From Dehalococcoidia bacterium (GTDB lineage Bacteria > Chloroflexota > Dehalococcoidia > GIF9 > UBA5629), in assembly GCA_003484395.1 (NCBI GenBank), contig DNCV01000073.1, forward strand, positions 1 to 25,449: a stretch of 25,449 nt of DNA, written 5' to 3'. The notes beneath the pieces are model-generated. The model had not been told where the DNA came from. It saw only the letters and a program-made list of their open reading frames with translations, and made no database searches. Shown here piece by piece: positions 11,648-19,418 of the stretch; positions within the stretch are counted from its first letter, which is position 1, and every line of letters starts with the position of its first letter. The position numbers and the translations under genes were made by a program.

Positions 11648-12169
11648 TTATAGAATCAATTTAGGGCGGCATTGGCTGCAAAACTCAGCGTGCTTCCAGT
11701 CGGTATCCGCCAGACACTGTGAAAAATACATGACGCACGTTGAGTCGGAGCAGTGACGCAAACCGAAAGTATGTCCTAATTCATGAATGGATTCTTTCGT
11801 CGCCCGATCAAGAAACAATGCTTCATCGGAAGGGAGAGCATAAAATTCCTGACGTAGACGGATAAGTGAAATGAGAGCTACCCCGCATGACTCCTCCGCT
11901 TCACCAAACACATACTGCAATCCATCATCGTACAGGTCGATATCGGCTACACCCAACACCTTACGCTCCGACGTATTTCCTTTGGCAGCAAGCATTGCGA
12001 GCAGAACCGAAGCCTTATACTGATTTCGGGATTCGTCAAATGCCTTCTCTATCTCAATAACAGGTGCAACCAATTCCATGGGACAGACAAAAGCCTTCGC
12101 CAATCGTCTCTGTAATTCGTTTATTGTATCCCGTCCTGCGTCTCCGACTGGCTGAAGTACTATTTTCAT
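11648..12169 (-). CDS. Archaemetzincin-family zinc metalloprotease
   Basis: HELGHTFGLRHC (HExxHxxGxxH), CVM Met-turn, C-terminal FCSQC completing four Cys for a second Zn site; RNQY and VFGEA family motifs. Confidence 0.9.
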   Translation of the reverse strand: MKIVLQPVGDAGRDTINELQRRLAKAFVCPMELVAPVIEIEKAFDESRNQYKASVLLAMLAAKGNTSERKVLGVADIDLYDDGLQYVFGEAEESCGVALISLIRLRQEFYALPSDEALFLDRATKESIHELGHTFGLRHCSDSTCVMYFSQCLADTDWKHAEFCSQCRPKLIL

Positions 12170-12219
12170 CGGTTACTCAACTCGGCCATTAAGAACAACC
12201 GAAACGGGGAAAAGACATA

Positions 12220-12522
12220 TTATGCAGCTCCTGTTTCAGATTTCTTCTTGCGTACCGGCTTCTTTACGTCAGCATCAGCAGCTTTTGCAACTTTCGGTTT
12301 AGCCTTTTTAAGAACTTGCTTTGTAGCAACGGCTTCCTTTTCGGGCTGCTCTTTGACCTTCCTGGCTATCCGTTTTTTGATCTCTGGTTCAACCGGTTCC
12401 TCTCTCTTTCTACCCGAAGTAGCCGTCTGCCCCATCGTTAAAACTATAGCTTTCCTTCTTTCTTCGAGCTTTTTAATATGCTTGCGATGTTTATTCCACG
12501 CTACACGTTTTCGTTTGTTCAT
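12220..12522 (-). CDS. Lys/Arg-rich hypothetical protein, 100 aa
   Basis: Fills the mesB-archaemetzincin gap on the operon strand, with SD GGTGG 6 nt upstream and its own predicted promoter. By my count 24 K and 10 R against 12 D/E. Confidence 0.75.
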   Translation of the reverse strand: MNKRKRVAWNKHRKHIKKLEERRKAIVLTMGQTATSGRKREEPVEPEIKKRIARKVKEQPEKEAVATKQVLKKAKPKVAKAADADVKKPVRKKKSETGAA

Positions 12523-12566
12523 GTTCTACCACCAATAATAATTTAATCGATTTGATATTGTCTCAT

Positions 12567-12595
12567 ATTATCTCTTAATCGCCGCCTCATTTCAA
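12567..12595 (-). promoter_or_regulatory. Predicted sigma70-type promoter for the Lys-rich gene and probably the downstream archaemetzincin-kinase-ahcY-metK-pgm run
   Basis: TTGAAA (12595-12590), 17 nt spacer, GATAAT (12572-12567). Confidence 0.6.
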
Positions 12596-12597
12596 AT

Positions 12598-12610
12598 ACA
12601 AGAGACTTGA
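12598..12610. repeat. Pseudo-palindrome ACAAG-AGA-CTTGA, copy 1
   Basis: The 12-mer ACAAGAGACTTG on plus here is identical to the minus strand at 15572-15561. Confidence 0.4.
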
Positions 12611-12631
12611 CAAATAACCACCCAAACGCAT

Positions 12632-13663
12632 TTAAGAAACGTACTTTGACCTCAGCCTGGCAGCCAAATCTGCGGTGAGCGACAGCGCCAGCTCGGCAGC
12701 CTCAAATGATAGCGAGGGCAACCCGCAGGAAGGTGTGATCAAACTCTGAGCGATAAGCTGTTTATAAGAGATAGTATCCTTTGTGAATGGAGCCATTGCC
12801 TCACCCAGCCTGTCAGCAAGGCTTGCCACCGATTCTTTCGCCAAAGTCTCCTCGTCGTTCGGCACGATTCCCCAGGCGATAGCGCTCCCTCTCTTCAAAT
12901 ATGCTATCACTTCCGACACATATGTGCTCAGCGAGTCGGCATAATTGTAAGCGTCGAAACTTATCACGTCCGCAGAGCTCGCCAGAAGCAGAGACCAATC
13001 CGTGCTGCCACAGCAGTGAACCCCTTTAAAACCTTCAATGCCGCTGAAAACGGTTTCCAGAAGGCTTGTCACCTGTTCATTGGGAATGGCTACGAACGCC
13101 GACCCCAATGAAGTAAGATACGGTTCGTCAAAGAATATGACCGTGTTCGCTGAAATTGTTCTGAGATAGCGTTCCTGCCACATCGCTTTCAATCTAAGAA
13201 ACTTCGCCAGCGTTTCGGCAAGCATATCATCGTAGAGGATGCCGCGCCCGCTCTCATCCAGTGCACACAATCCCTGACTGATAGGCCCGGTTATCTGTCC
13301 TTTGACCAGCGACGCCTGTCCTGAAGACGAAGAAACGAACGTATGCAAACCGGCTGCATAGTCCGTACCGGTAGCATAATCGTTGAATTTGTCTTCGGCA
13401 TCAGCGTAATAAAGCTTCTCCAACTGCTCATCGAAGTGAGCTTCTCTGGATACCGATATCTTGTCCCCGTTAACGGTCGCTCCAGGAAAACCTTCGCTGT
13501 ACTGTACATACATATTTTCGAGAAGTGACCGCTTGGGGAGCTGCGGCCAATGAGGAAGCTGCAGATGTTTGCGCACCAGTGCGCAGGCAGCCACAGGATC
13601 TGCATGCGGCATACTGCCGATAGCAGTCGATAAACAGCCAAACTCAGCTTTCGTCGTTGTCAT
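12632..13663 (-). CDS. Folate-independent core methionine synthase (single MetE C-terminal-like barrel; MesB type)
   Basis: IGSMPH, PHWPQLP, KGQITGP, FFDEP, GVHCCG (Zn His/Cys), ISFDAY, AWGIVP, ITPSCGL (last Zn Cys); 343 aa, no N-terminal folate barrel; context with ahcY, metK, mtnP. Confidence 0.85.
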   Translation of the reverse strand: MTTTKAEFGCLSTAIGSMPHADPVAACALVRKHLQLPHWPQLPKRSLLENMYVQYSEGFPGATVNGDKISVSREAHFDEQLEKLYYADAEDKFNDYATGTDYAAGLHTFVSSSSGQASLVKGQITGPISQGLCALDESGRGILYDDMLAETLAKFLRLKAMWQERYLRTISANTVIFFDEPYLTSLGSAFVAIPNEQVTSLLETVFSGIEGFKGVHCCGSTDWSLLLASSADVISFDAYNYADSLSTYVSEVIAYLKRGSAIAWGIVPNDEETLAKESVASLADRLGEAMAPFTKDTISYKQLIAQSLITPSCGLPSLSFEAAELALSLTADLAARLRSKYVS

Positions 13664-13673
13664 AATTACATCC

Positions 13674-14537
13674 CTACTTCATATACTTATCGATCAGCAA
13701 ATCATACTGTTTCTTGGTACTAAGAGCAATCGAATCAGGAGCTGTTGCGATAGCATAGCGAAGTGCTGAATTGCATATACACTTCCTCTCGCCGGATAAA
13801 TAGGGAACAGCTTGTTTCAATATCTGCTTCGATATCTCAACATTCTGCCTCAGGGTACGCAGTATTATCTCCGCCGTGACATCCTCCGTATTCGGTCGCC
13901 AGCAATCGTAATCGGTAGCGAAACACAGTGCTGCATAACACATCTCCGCCTCCCGCGCCAGCTTTGCCTCAGGCAATGCGGTCATACCGATAACCGCCGC
14001 CCCCCATGAACGGTAAAGGTTGGACTCCGCCCTTGTAGAGAATTGGGGTCCCTCCATTGCGATATACGTTCCCCCCATATGAACCGTTATCTTCATTTTA
14101 TGTGAAGCTTCCAGCATGAGTTTACTGAGCTCTGCACAATACGGATCGGCCATGGATACGTGAACAACAATGCCACTGGTAAAAAAGGTATCGATCCTGC
14201 CTTTGGTCCGGTCGATTATCTGATCGGGGATCACCAGATCTCCAGGCTTAATCTCCTCTTTCAGGCTGCCGACGGCGCTCACCGATATGACTTTTTCCAC
14301 CCCCAGTGATTTGAGCGCCCAGATATTGGCACGCGCCCGTATATTCGTCGGATTGATTTTATGCCCGCGGGCATGCCTCGGCAGAAATGCAATCCGGACA
14401 CCCTCAAGAGTCCCGACATGGATAGTATCGCTTGGCTCTCCGAACGGAGTCTTGACATCGCATTCCTGCACATCCTTCATGCCTTCGATGCCATAAAGGC
14501 CGCTGCCGCCGATAACACCAATTTTAACTTCGGTCAT
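13674..14537 (-). CDS. mtnP: S-methyl-5'-thioadenosine phosphorylase
   Basis: IGGSGLY, FLPRHARGH, ANIWALK, EGPQFSTRAES, GMTALPEAKLAREAEM, ATDYDCW; SD GGGAGG. Confidence 0.95.
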   Translation of the reverse strand: MTEVKIGVIGGSGLYGIEGMKDVQECDVKTPFGEPSDTIHVGTLEGVRIAFLPRHARGHKINPTNIRARANIWALKSLGVEKVISVSAVGSLKEEIKPGDLVIPDQIIDRTKGRIDTFFTSGIVVHVSMADPYCAELSKLMLEASHKMKITVHMGGTYIAMEGPQFSTRAESNLYRSWGAAVIGMTALPEAKLAREAEMCYAALCFATDYDCWRPNTEDVTAEIILRTLRQNVEISKQILKQAVPYLSGERKCICNSALRYAIATAPDSIALSTKKQYDLLIDKYMK

Positions 14538-14551
14538 TTATAGATCCCTCC

Positions 14552-15559
14552 CTAGTCAAAATCATATGGCTGCCGTATTATACCCCTTTCGGTAATAATT
14601 GCGGTGATATATCGATGAGGCGTCACATCAAAAGCGGGGTTGGCAACCGCTACCCCATCCGGGGCAACTCTGACGCCGGCGATTGCCGTCACTTCATCCA
14701 CTTTCCTCTCCTCGATGGGGATATCATTTCCCGATTTGATCGAAATGTCAACGGTGCTCATCGGCGCCGCAATATAAAACGGGACCTGATTTTCATGAGC
14801 CAGCACAGCCAGCGAATAGGTGCCGATCTTATTGGCTGTATCGCCGTTGGCCGCAATCCTGTCGGCGCCTGTGATGACGCAATCTATTGTACCGCGGTGC
14901 ATGAAATGTCCTGCCATAGAATCCGTGATCAGCGTTGCAGGGATGCCTTCCTGCATCAGCTCCCATGTGGTAAGACGCGCACCTTGAAGCAACGGTCGCG
15001 TCTCATCAACGTACACGTGGAGTTTTTTCCCTTTCCGTTTCGCTTCAATGATCACTCCAAGTGCTGTACCGTAGCCCGCCGTCGCCAGAGGACCGGCATT
15101 GCAATGAGTAAGGATAGTGAATCCGTCTCGGATCAGTTCTGCACCATATTCGCTCAAGCGCCGGGTGGCGTCTTCTTCCTCGATATGGATACGTTTTGCT
15201 TCTTCAACAAGCGCCTGCCGTATCTTTTCCAGATCGTTCAGCGCCGATACGGCATGTTGCATCCTGCCGATCGCATAGAACAAATTCACTGCGGTCGGAC
15301 GCGACCTGGCAAAGTCATCGAATACCTGCTGCAGAGAGCGGAAAAACTCATCCGGCGTATCCGCATCTATCCTCTGTGCTCCGAGTGCAATACCATATGC
15401 GGCAGCTATGCCGATTGCAGGCGCACCGCGAACCCTGAGTGTCTTGATCGCCTCCACCATATCCTTGTAATCAGTCAGATCCAGATAGCGCAATTCCGAA
15501 GGCAGCAGCGTCTGGTCTATGATTCTGATCCTGTTATCGAGCCATTCCACAGGTTTCAT
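14552..15559 (-). CDS. mtnA: Methylthioribose-1-phosphate isomerase
   Basis: [63 protein letters not shown]. Confidence 0.96.
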   Translation of the reverse strand: MKPVEWLDNRIRIIDQTLLPSELRYLDLTDYKDMVEAIKTLRVRGAPAIGIAAAYGIALGAQRIDADTPDEFFRSLQQVFDDFARSRPTAVNLFYAIGRMQHAVSALNDLEKIRQALVEEAKRIHIEEEDATRRLSEYGAELIRDGFTILTHCNAGPLATAGYGTALGVIIEAKRKGKKLHVYVDETRPLLQGARLTTWELMQEGIPATLITDSMAGHFMHRGTIDCVITGADRIAANGDTANKIGTYSLAVLAHENQVPFYIAAPMSTVDISIKSGNDIPIEERKVDEVTAIAGVRVAPDGVAVANPAFDVTPHRYITAIITERGIIRQPYDFD

Positions 15560-15572
15560 ACAAGTCTCTTGT
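15560..15572. repeat. Inverted repeat ACAAG-N3-CTTGT abutting the mtnA start codon, copy 2
   Basis: Plus strand ACAAGTCTCTTGT; perfect 5-bp arms; ends 1 nt before the ATG. Confidence 0.4.
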
Positions 15573-15609
15573 TAAAATGATAAGGGCATTGCATGCAACG
15601 CCCTTATCA
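15573..15609 (-). terminator. 32-bp near-perfect palindrome with U tail between DUF4349 and mtnA; probable intrinsic terminator
   Basis: Minus strand TGATAAGGGC-GTTGCA-TGCAAT-GCCCTTATCA-TTTTA; one G-U pair. Confidence 0.7.
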
Positions 15610-15617
15610 ACAAACCT

Positions 15618-16502
15618 CTATTTCGCAGCTGATTGCTTCGCCTTGTTCTTCCTGTGTCTGATTATGAGTACCACAGCCAGCGCAATCCCCCAGATCGGGC
15701 AGAAGATCAAAACCCAGATGAAAATATTGACCAGTACTTTCCCGAAAACCAAAAGGCCGCTCAATGCCGACATCAAAGTATCTCCCGGATTCCAGCCTTT
15801 GCTATCGATGGATTTCGTTTGCCGAATTGAGATATCGATCATCGACATTTCCGAGGTGCGATCGATGTACTGCATGCGGCCTTTTATCCGGTCGATCTGG
15901 ATGCGTATATTGGACAGCTCACGCTGCACAGCGATAACCTCATCGATCTTCTCCGCTTTTTGCAGCAACAGCAGATACTGAGCTTCGGTCGCCTGCAAGT
16001 TGGTGAGCTGCGCTTTTAGATCGGTATATTCCTCAGTCAAATCGCGGGCATTTGTGCTTTCCTGCAGCACTTTAACCGCGAGCACGCGTAGTTTTCCCAG
16101 CGCTTCATCAAAACGGTCCGAAGGGATGCGAATTGAGACGCGGCCGCTATCGTATTCATCGTTTCCCTGCCTGTTCGAGGAAACGACATAGCCGCCCAAA
16201 TCGGCAGCGATCTTCACAATTTCATCCATCGTTTTGCCGATATCATCGACTTCCAGGGAAATATTCCCCGTCCTCACAATTTTGCGGTCGATATCCGATG
16301 ATCCGGTAACCGCAGATGAATCGGCAGCTTCTCCCATCCCTTTCTCGGCTATTCCATAGGACGGCGCAGTGGCCGGTGCCGGCATGGCCGCAGGCACAGA
16401 GGTTGACGTCGATCTCGTTGACTGATTGCTCGCAGCGCAGCCGGTAACGACGAGCAGCAGCACAGCAAGTAGCGGAATAATGATTTTTAGTGTTTTCTTC
16501 AT
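15618..16502 (-). CDS. DUF4349-domain lipoprotein with a C-terminal membrane anchor
   Basis: Start at 16502 has SD GAGGAGG. Signal peptide MKKTLKIIIPLLAVLLLVVTG-C (lipobox); RKIVRTGNISLEV, GGYVVSS, IRIPSDRFD, DLTEEYTD; hydrophobic C-terminal segment. The track start at 16574 is too long. Confidence 0.88.
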   Translation of the reverse strand: MKKTLKIIIPLLAVLLLVVTGCAASNQSTRSTSTSVPAAMPAPATAPSYGIAEKGMGEAADSSAVTGSSDIDRKIVRTGNISLEVDDIGKTMDEIVKIAADLGGYVVSSNRQGNDEYDSGRVSIRIPSDRFDEALGKLRVLAVKVLQESTNARDLTEEYTDLKAQLTNLQATEAQYLLLLQKAEKIDEVIAVQRELSNIRIQIDRIKGRMQYIDRTSEMSMIDISIRQTKSIDSKGWNPGDTLMSALSGLLVFGKVLVNIFIWVLIFCPIWGIALAVVLIIRHRKNKAKQSAAK

Positions 16503-16550
16503 TGCTTCCTCCTCGGAATAATAATTCTCACATGCTATATATAAACGAGA

Positions 16551-16571
16551 AATAAATCGAAAAGATTTATT
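16551..16571. repeat. AT-rich inverted repeat AATAAATC-N5-GATTTATT between dut and DUF4349
   Basis: Perfect 8-bp arms at 16551-16558 and 16564-16571; weak terminator or operator, role unknown. Confidence 0.3.
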
Positions 16572-16577
16572 CATGAA

Positions 16578-17093
16578 TTAAACAGGCGTGATATTCTCCC
16601 CCTGAAACATCCCTTTATATCCTTTGTTCACCGCCCGGTTCAGATAGAAGAAAACCATCTGTATGACACGGGCATTCCTGTACAACCGAAAACCGAATTG
16701 ATTATAGACCACCAGCAAAGACTGCGATCTGCCCGAATAGCCGGCATCCCAGACAGCGGTGTGAACAGCCACACCGCACCTGAGAAGGCTGGAACGGGGT
16801 CTGGCCAGTGCCATCAGATTATTCGGCAGGTTTACAACCTCATTATGGGTAATGAGATAACATCCCGGGGGCAGCGTGATACCGCCATCGGTTTCAAAAG
16901 GCATCAGGTTTGTGACGGATAGTATCCTGCCGCCATTTGTCTCCGACATTGTCCCCGGCGTTGCGTAGGATGCAATATCCTTCAGCGTCAGATCGATGCC
17001 GTTCGGCTGCACCTGGTTTGCAAGGTCGACCATGCCTTCAATCAGAGGGGGATTCCCTTTTAACAATTTCAATATTTCTTCTCGGGAAAGCAT
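16578..17093 (-). CDS. dut: Trimeric dUTPase, archaeal/dCTP-deaminase-like subfamily
   Basis: QPNGIDL, RPRSSLLRCG, VWDAGYSG, IQMVF, YKGMFQGE. The deaminase catalytic Glu expected a few residues after the PG/AG-x-x-G motif is absent (GRSQSLL). Confidence 0.8.
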   Translation of the reverse strand: MLSREEILKLLKGNPPLIEGMVDLANQVQPNGIDLTLKDIASYATPGTMSETNGGRILSVTNLMPFETDGGITLPPGCYLITHNEVVNLPNNLMALARPRSSLLRCGVAVHTAVWDAGYSGRSQSLLVVYNQFGFRLYRNARVIQMVFFYLNRAVNKGYKGMFQGENITPV

Positions 17094-17156
17094 TATCTGG
17101 CTCCTTCCATTAGGCTAGACTATACTACTTTAGACTGCATGCCGAAAGCAACAACA

Positions 17157-17184
17157 TTGACAATAACCATAAAACGCCTATAAT
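17157..17184 (+). promoter_or_regulatory. Consensus sigma70 promoter for the CorA-family gene
   Basis: TTGACA (17157-17162), 16 nt spacer, TATAAT (17179-17184); SD AAGGAG before ATG 17228. Confidence 0.85.
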
Positions 17185-17227
17185 TAGCCGTCATGGGCAA
17201 ATTCTAACACATTCAGCAAGGAGCGCT

Positions 17228-18340
17228 ATGTCGGAAGAAGTGAAGGCGATCAAAAATACAGCCTTGAGTGGTGATTCATCCAAGCCGATTGAAAAACGAT
17301 GGTTTTTCGCAGCTCTCCATTCAGATGGCAGTGTGATGACGGATTACGCCAATTCACCGACCAACTTTCTCAATACAATAAAAACCGCGACGCTCACCTG
17401 GGTGGACTTCCTCACCGCCAATTTCGAAGAGGATTCTGCAACCGCCGCTACGCTTCTTGGGTTCAGCAACCAGCTCACATCCTCACTTACCGAAGGCAAT
17501 AGAATCCTCTATGAAGATTTCGAGACGGAGATAGGTATTAAACTCCCTTCCGTACAAATCAGAATTTTTGAACATCCGGAAGTCCAACCTCATAAAGTTC
17601 TGCTTCTTATGCAAAAGAATTTACTCTTAACTATCCACCCCCTTATGGTTGACCGACGGTTCAGCCGTCTGCGCCGGTATTCACCGAAAATATTAAGGAA
17701 AATACCAATCGAAGCCTGCGATGAGGATCGCCTTACGTTGCTCCTGATCCGCATTATTGACCAAAATAACGACCGCAATTTTGAGCATCTGAGGCAGATC
17801 GAGGAGCACGGAGATGATCTCAATAGAAGCCTCATGGATCCAAAGACGCCGCGCGATCTGCTCGGGCCACAGATATACGGGATGAAACATGCATTGATCG
17901 TGTATCTCGATGCGCTTTGGGAGACCGTTGACGTTCTCCACGATCTCCGGTACGGAGACGCCGAATTGCTGACAAATGACTCACAGCTTCTGGACCGTAT
18001 CGGATATCTCGCTGAGGATGTCAACAGGCAGATCGGCCTTGCCGAGCATATGTCCGAAGTGCTGGCTTCAGGTCTTGAAGTGCTGCAATCTATCTATAAC
18101 AACCAGTTGCAGGCGCTCAACAACCGAATGGCAATGGTGATGACCTATTTAACGGTGCTGGGCACAGCCATCCTCGTCCCCAATACGCTGGCGACAGTTA
18201 TGAGCAACCCCGCTTTCGCCATGGAGCCAAAAGACGCAGGCTGGTACCTCACGCTTCTCATCAGCTCCACGATAATAGCAACCGCATTATCGTTCTGGTG
18301 GGTGAAAAGGAAAGGCTGGCTGCCGAAGAAAATAGATTAA
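17228..18340 (+). CDS. CorA/ZntB-family divalent cation transporter-like protein with a non-canonical signature
   Basis: WVDF, LLLTIH, long helical stalk, two C-terminal hydrophobic helices and basic KRKGWL tail; GMN is replaced by MSN. Confidence 0.8.
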   Translation: MSEEVKAIKNTALSGDSSKPIEKRWFFAALHSDGSVMTDYANSPTNFLNTIKTATLTWVDFLTANFEEDSATAATLLGFSNQLTSSLTEGNRILYEDFETEIGIKLPSVQIRIFEHPEVQPHKVLLLMQKNLLLTIHPLMVDRRFSRLRRYSPKILRKIPIEACDEDRLTLLLIRIIDQNNDRNFEHLRQIEEHGDDLNRSLMDPKTPRDLLGPQIYGMKHALIVYLDALWETVDVLHDLRYGDAELLTNDSQLLDRIGYLAEDVNRQIGLAEHMSEVLASGLEVLQSIYNNQLQALNNRMAMVMTYLTVLGTAILVPNTLATVMSNPAFAMEPKDAGWYLTLLISSTIIATALSFWWVKRKGWLPKKID

Positions 18341-18359
18341 AAAAGCTGTACGATACAAC

Positions 18360-18525
18360 ATGCTCATCACAAAGAGGAATTGGTCATGGAAGCAAATAAA
18401 TAGTGGACCCGCCAGTTGACCCTTTTCATCATCTCCGTCACGCTTGGCAATCCCCCGTATGAAGATTAATAATGATGGAGTATCCGGGAAAGGGGATATT
18501 CATTTCACAATAACGGATGAACCAC
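18360..18525 (+). ncRNA. Candidate structured RNA or structured 3' UTR of unknown class
   Basis: Two nested 8-bp helices (18420-18427/18487-18494 and 18433-18440/18473-18480), each with a G-U pair valid only on plus; no convincing ORF. I did not recognise a known family. Confidence 0.3.
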
Positions 18526-18560
18526 AAAAAGGGGGCAGCGAAATTCGCTGCCCCCTTTTT
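18526..18560. terminator. Bidirectional intrinsic terminator between the convergent corA-like gene and rpsI
   Basis: AAAAAGGGGGCAGCG-AAATT-CGCTGCCCCCTTTTT: perfect 15-bp arms with a U tract on both strands. Confidence 0.95.
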
Positions 18561-18579
18561 GTTTATACTTGTGTCGACG

Positions 18580-18972
18580 TTAGCGCTTGGTATACTGCGG
18601 CGCTTTGCGGGCACGTTTGAGACCGGCCTTTTTGCGTTCTTTAATGCGGGGATCACGGGTCAATAGACCAGCCTGACGCAGTGATTTTTTAAATTCTTCG
18701 TTATATTTCACCAGCGCACGGGCTATCCCGTGACAAATGGCATCGGATTGCCCGGTGGTGCCGCCACCGACAACCTTAACCTCTACGGTGAATTTTCCAA
18801 GCGTCTCCGTCGTCGCCAGCGGTTTCATAATAATGCGGCGGTAATGCTCACGGGGAAATGCCTTCTCTAATGATTTCCCATTGACGACTATCTCTCCCGT
18901 TCCGGGGATCAATTTCACCTGAGCTATAGCGCACTTGCGCCGTCCGACTGCACGATCAGTTTGCGTTGTCAC
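18580..18972 (-). CDS. rpsI: 30S ribosomal protein S9
   Basis: [57 protein letters not shown]; GTG start overlaps the rplM stop. Confidence 0.98.
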   Translation of the reverse strand: MTTQTDRAVGRRKCAIAQVKLIPGTGEIVVNGKSLEKAFPREHYRRIIMKPLATTETLGKFTVEVKVVGGGTTGQSDAICHGIARALVKYNEEFKKSLRQAGLLTRDPRIKERKKAGLKRARKAPQYTKR

Positions 18973-19418
18973 GATTTAGCACTCCCTTCTGCGGCTACCT
19001 TTGATCCTATTACCTGCGCCTCATGCGGATGAGCTTCGCCGGCGTAGACCTTCAGCTTTTTAAACATCGCTCTGCCGAGGCGATTTTTCGGTAACATTCC
19101 TTTAACGGCATGTTCGATCACCTGTTCAGGACGAAGACTTATCATTTTTTCGGCAGTTCTACTCTTGATGCCGCCATGATATCCTGAGAACCAGTGATAA
19201 TTCTTCTCCTGCATTTTATTGCCTGTCAATTTAACCTTGGCTGCATTGATCACGATAACATAATCACCGGTATCTATATTTGAAAGAAACATGGGCTTGG
19301 TCTTGCCCATCAGAAGTTTGGCAATACCTGTGCATAAACGACCAAGGGTTTGACCTGAGGCATCGATAACATGCCATTTGCGATTAACATCGCCTGGTTT
19401 TGTGAAATAGGTCTTCAT
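18969..19418 (-). CDS. rplM: 50S ribosomal protein L13
   Basis: [49 protein letters not shown]. Confidence 0.98.
   Translation of the reverse strand: MKTYFTKPGDVNRKWHVIDASGQTLGRLCTGIAKLLMGKTKPMFLSNIDTGDYVIVINAAKVKLTGNKMQEKNYHWFSGYHGGIKSRTAEKMISLRPEQVIEHAVKGMLPKNRLGRAMFKKLKVYAGEAHPHEAQVIGSKVAAEGSAKS

Noticed and set aside
12607-12636. Plus-strand TTGACA as an antisense promoter to mesB
   Set aside because: No acceptable -10 hexamer at 16-18 nt spacing.
14615-15580. 321-aa plus-strand ORF
   Set aside because: Lies fully antisense to mtnA, with no motifs or SD; an expected shadow of GC-rich codon usage.
18360-18419. Tiny plus-strand ORFs (19 aa from 18360; MEANK* after an AGAGGA)
   Set aside because: Too short to support without conservation or ribosome data; kept only as part of the candidate RNA region.
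18438-18656. 72-aa minus ORF
   Set aside because: Overlaps the rpsI end out of frame and crosses a strong terminator.
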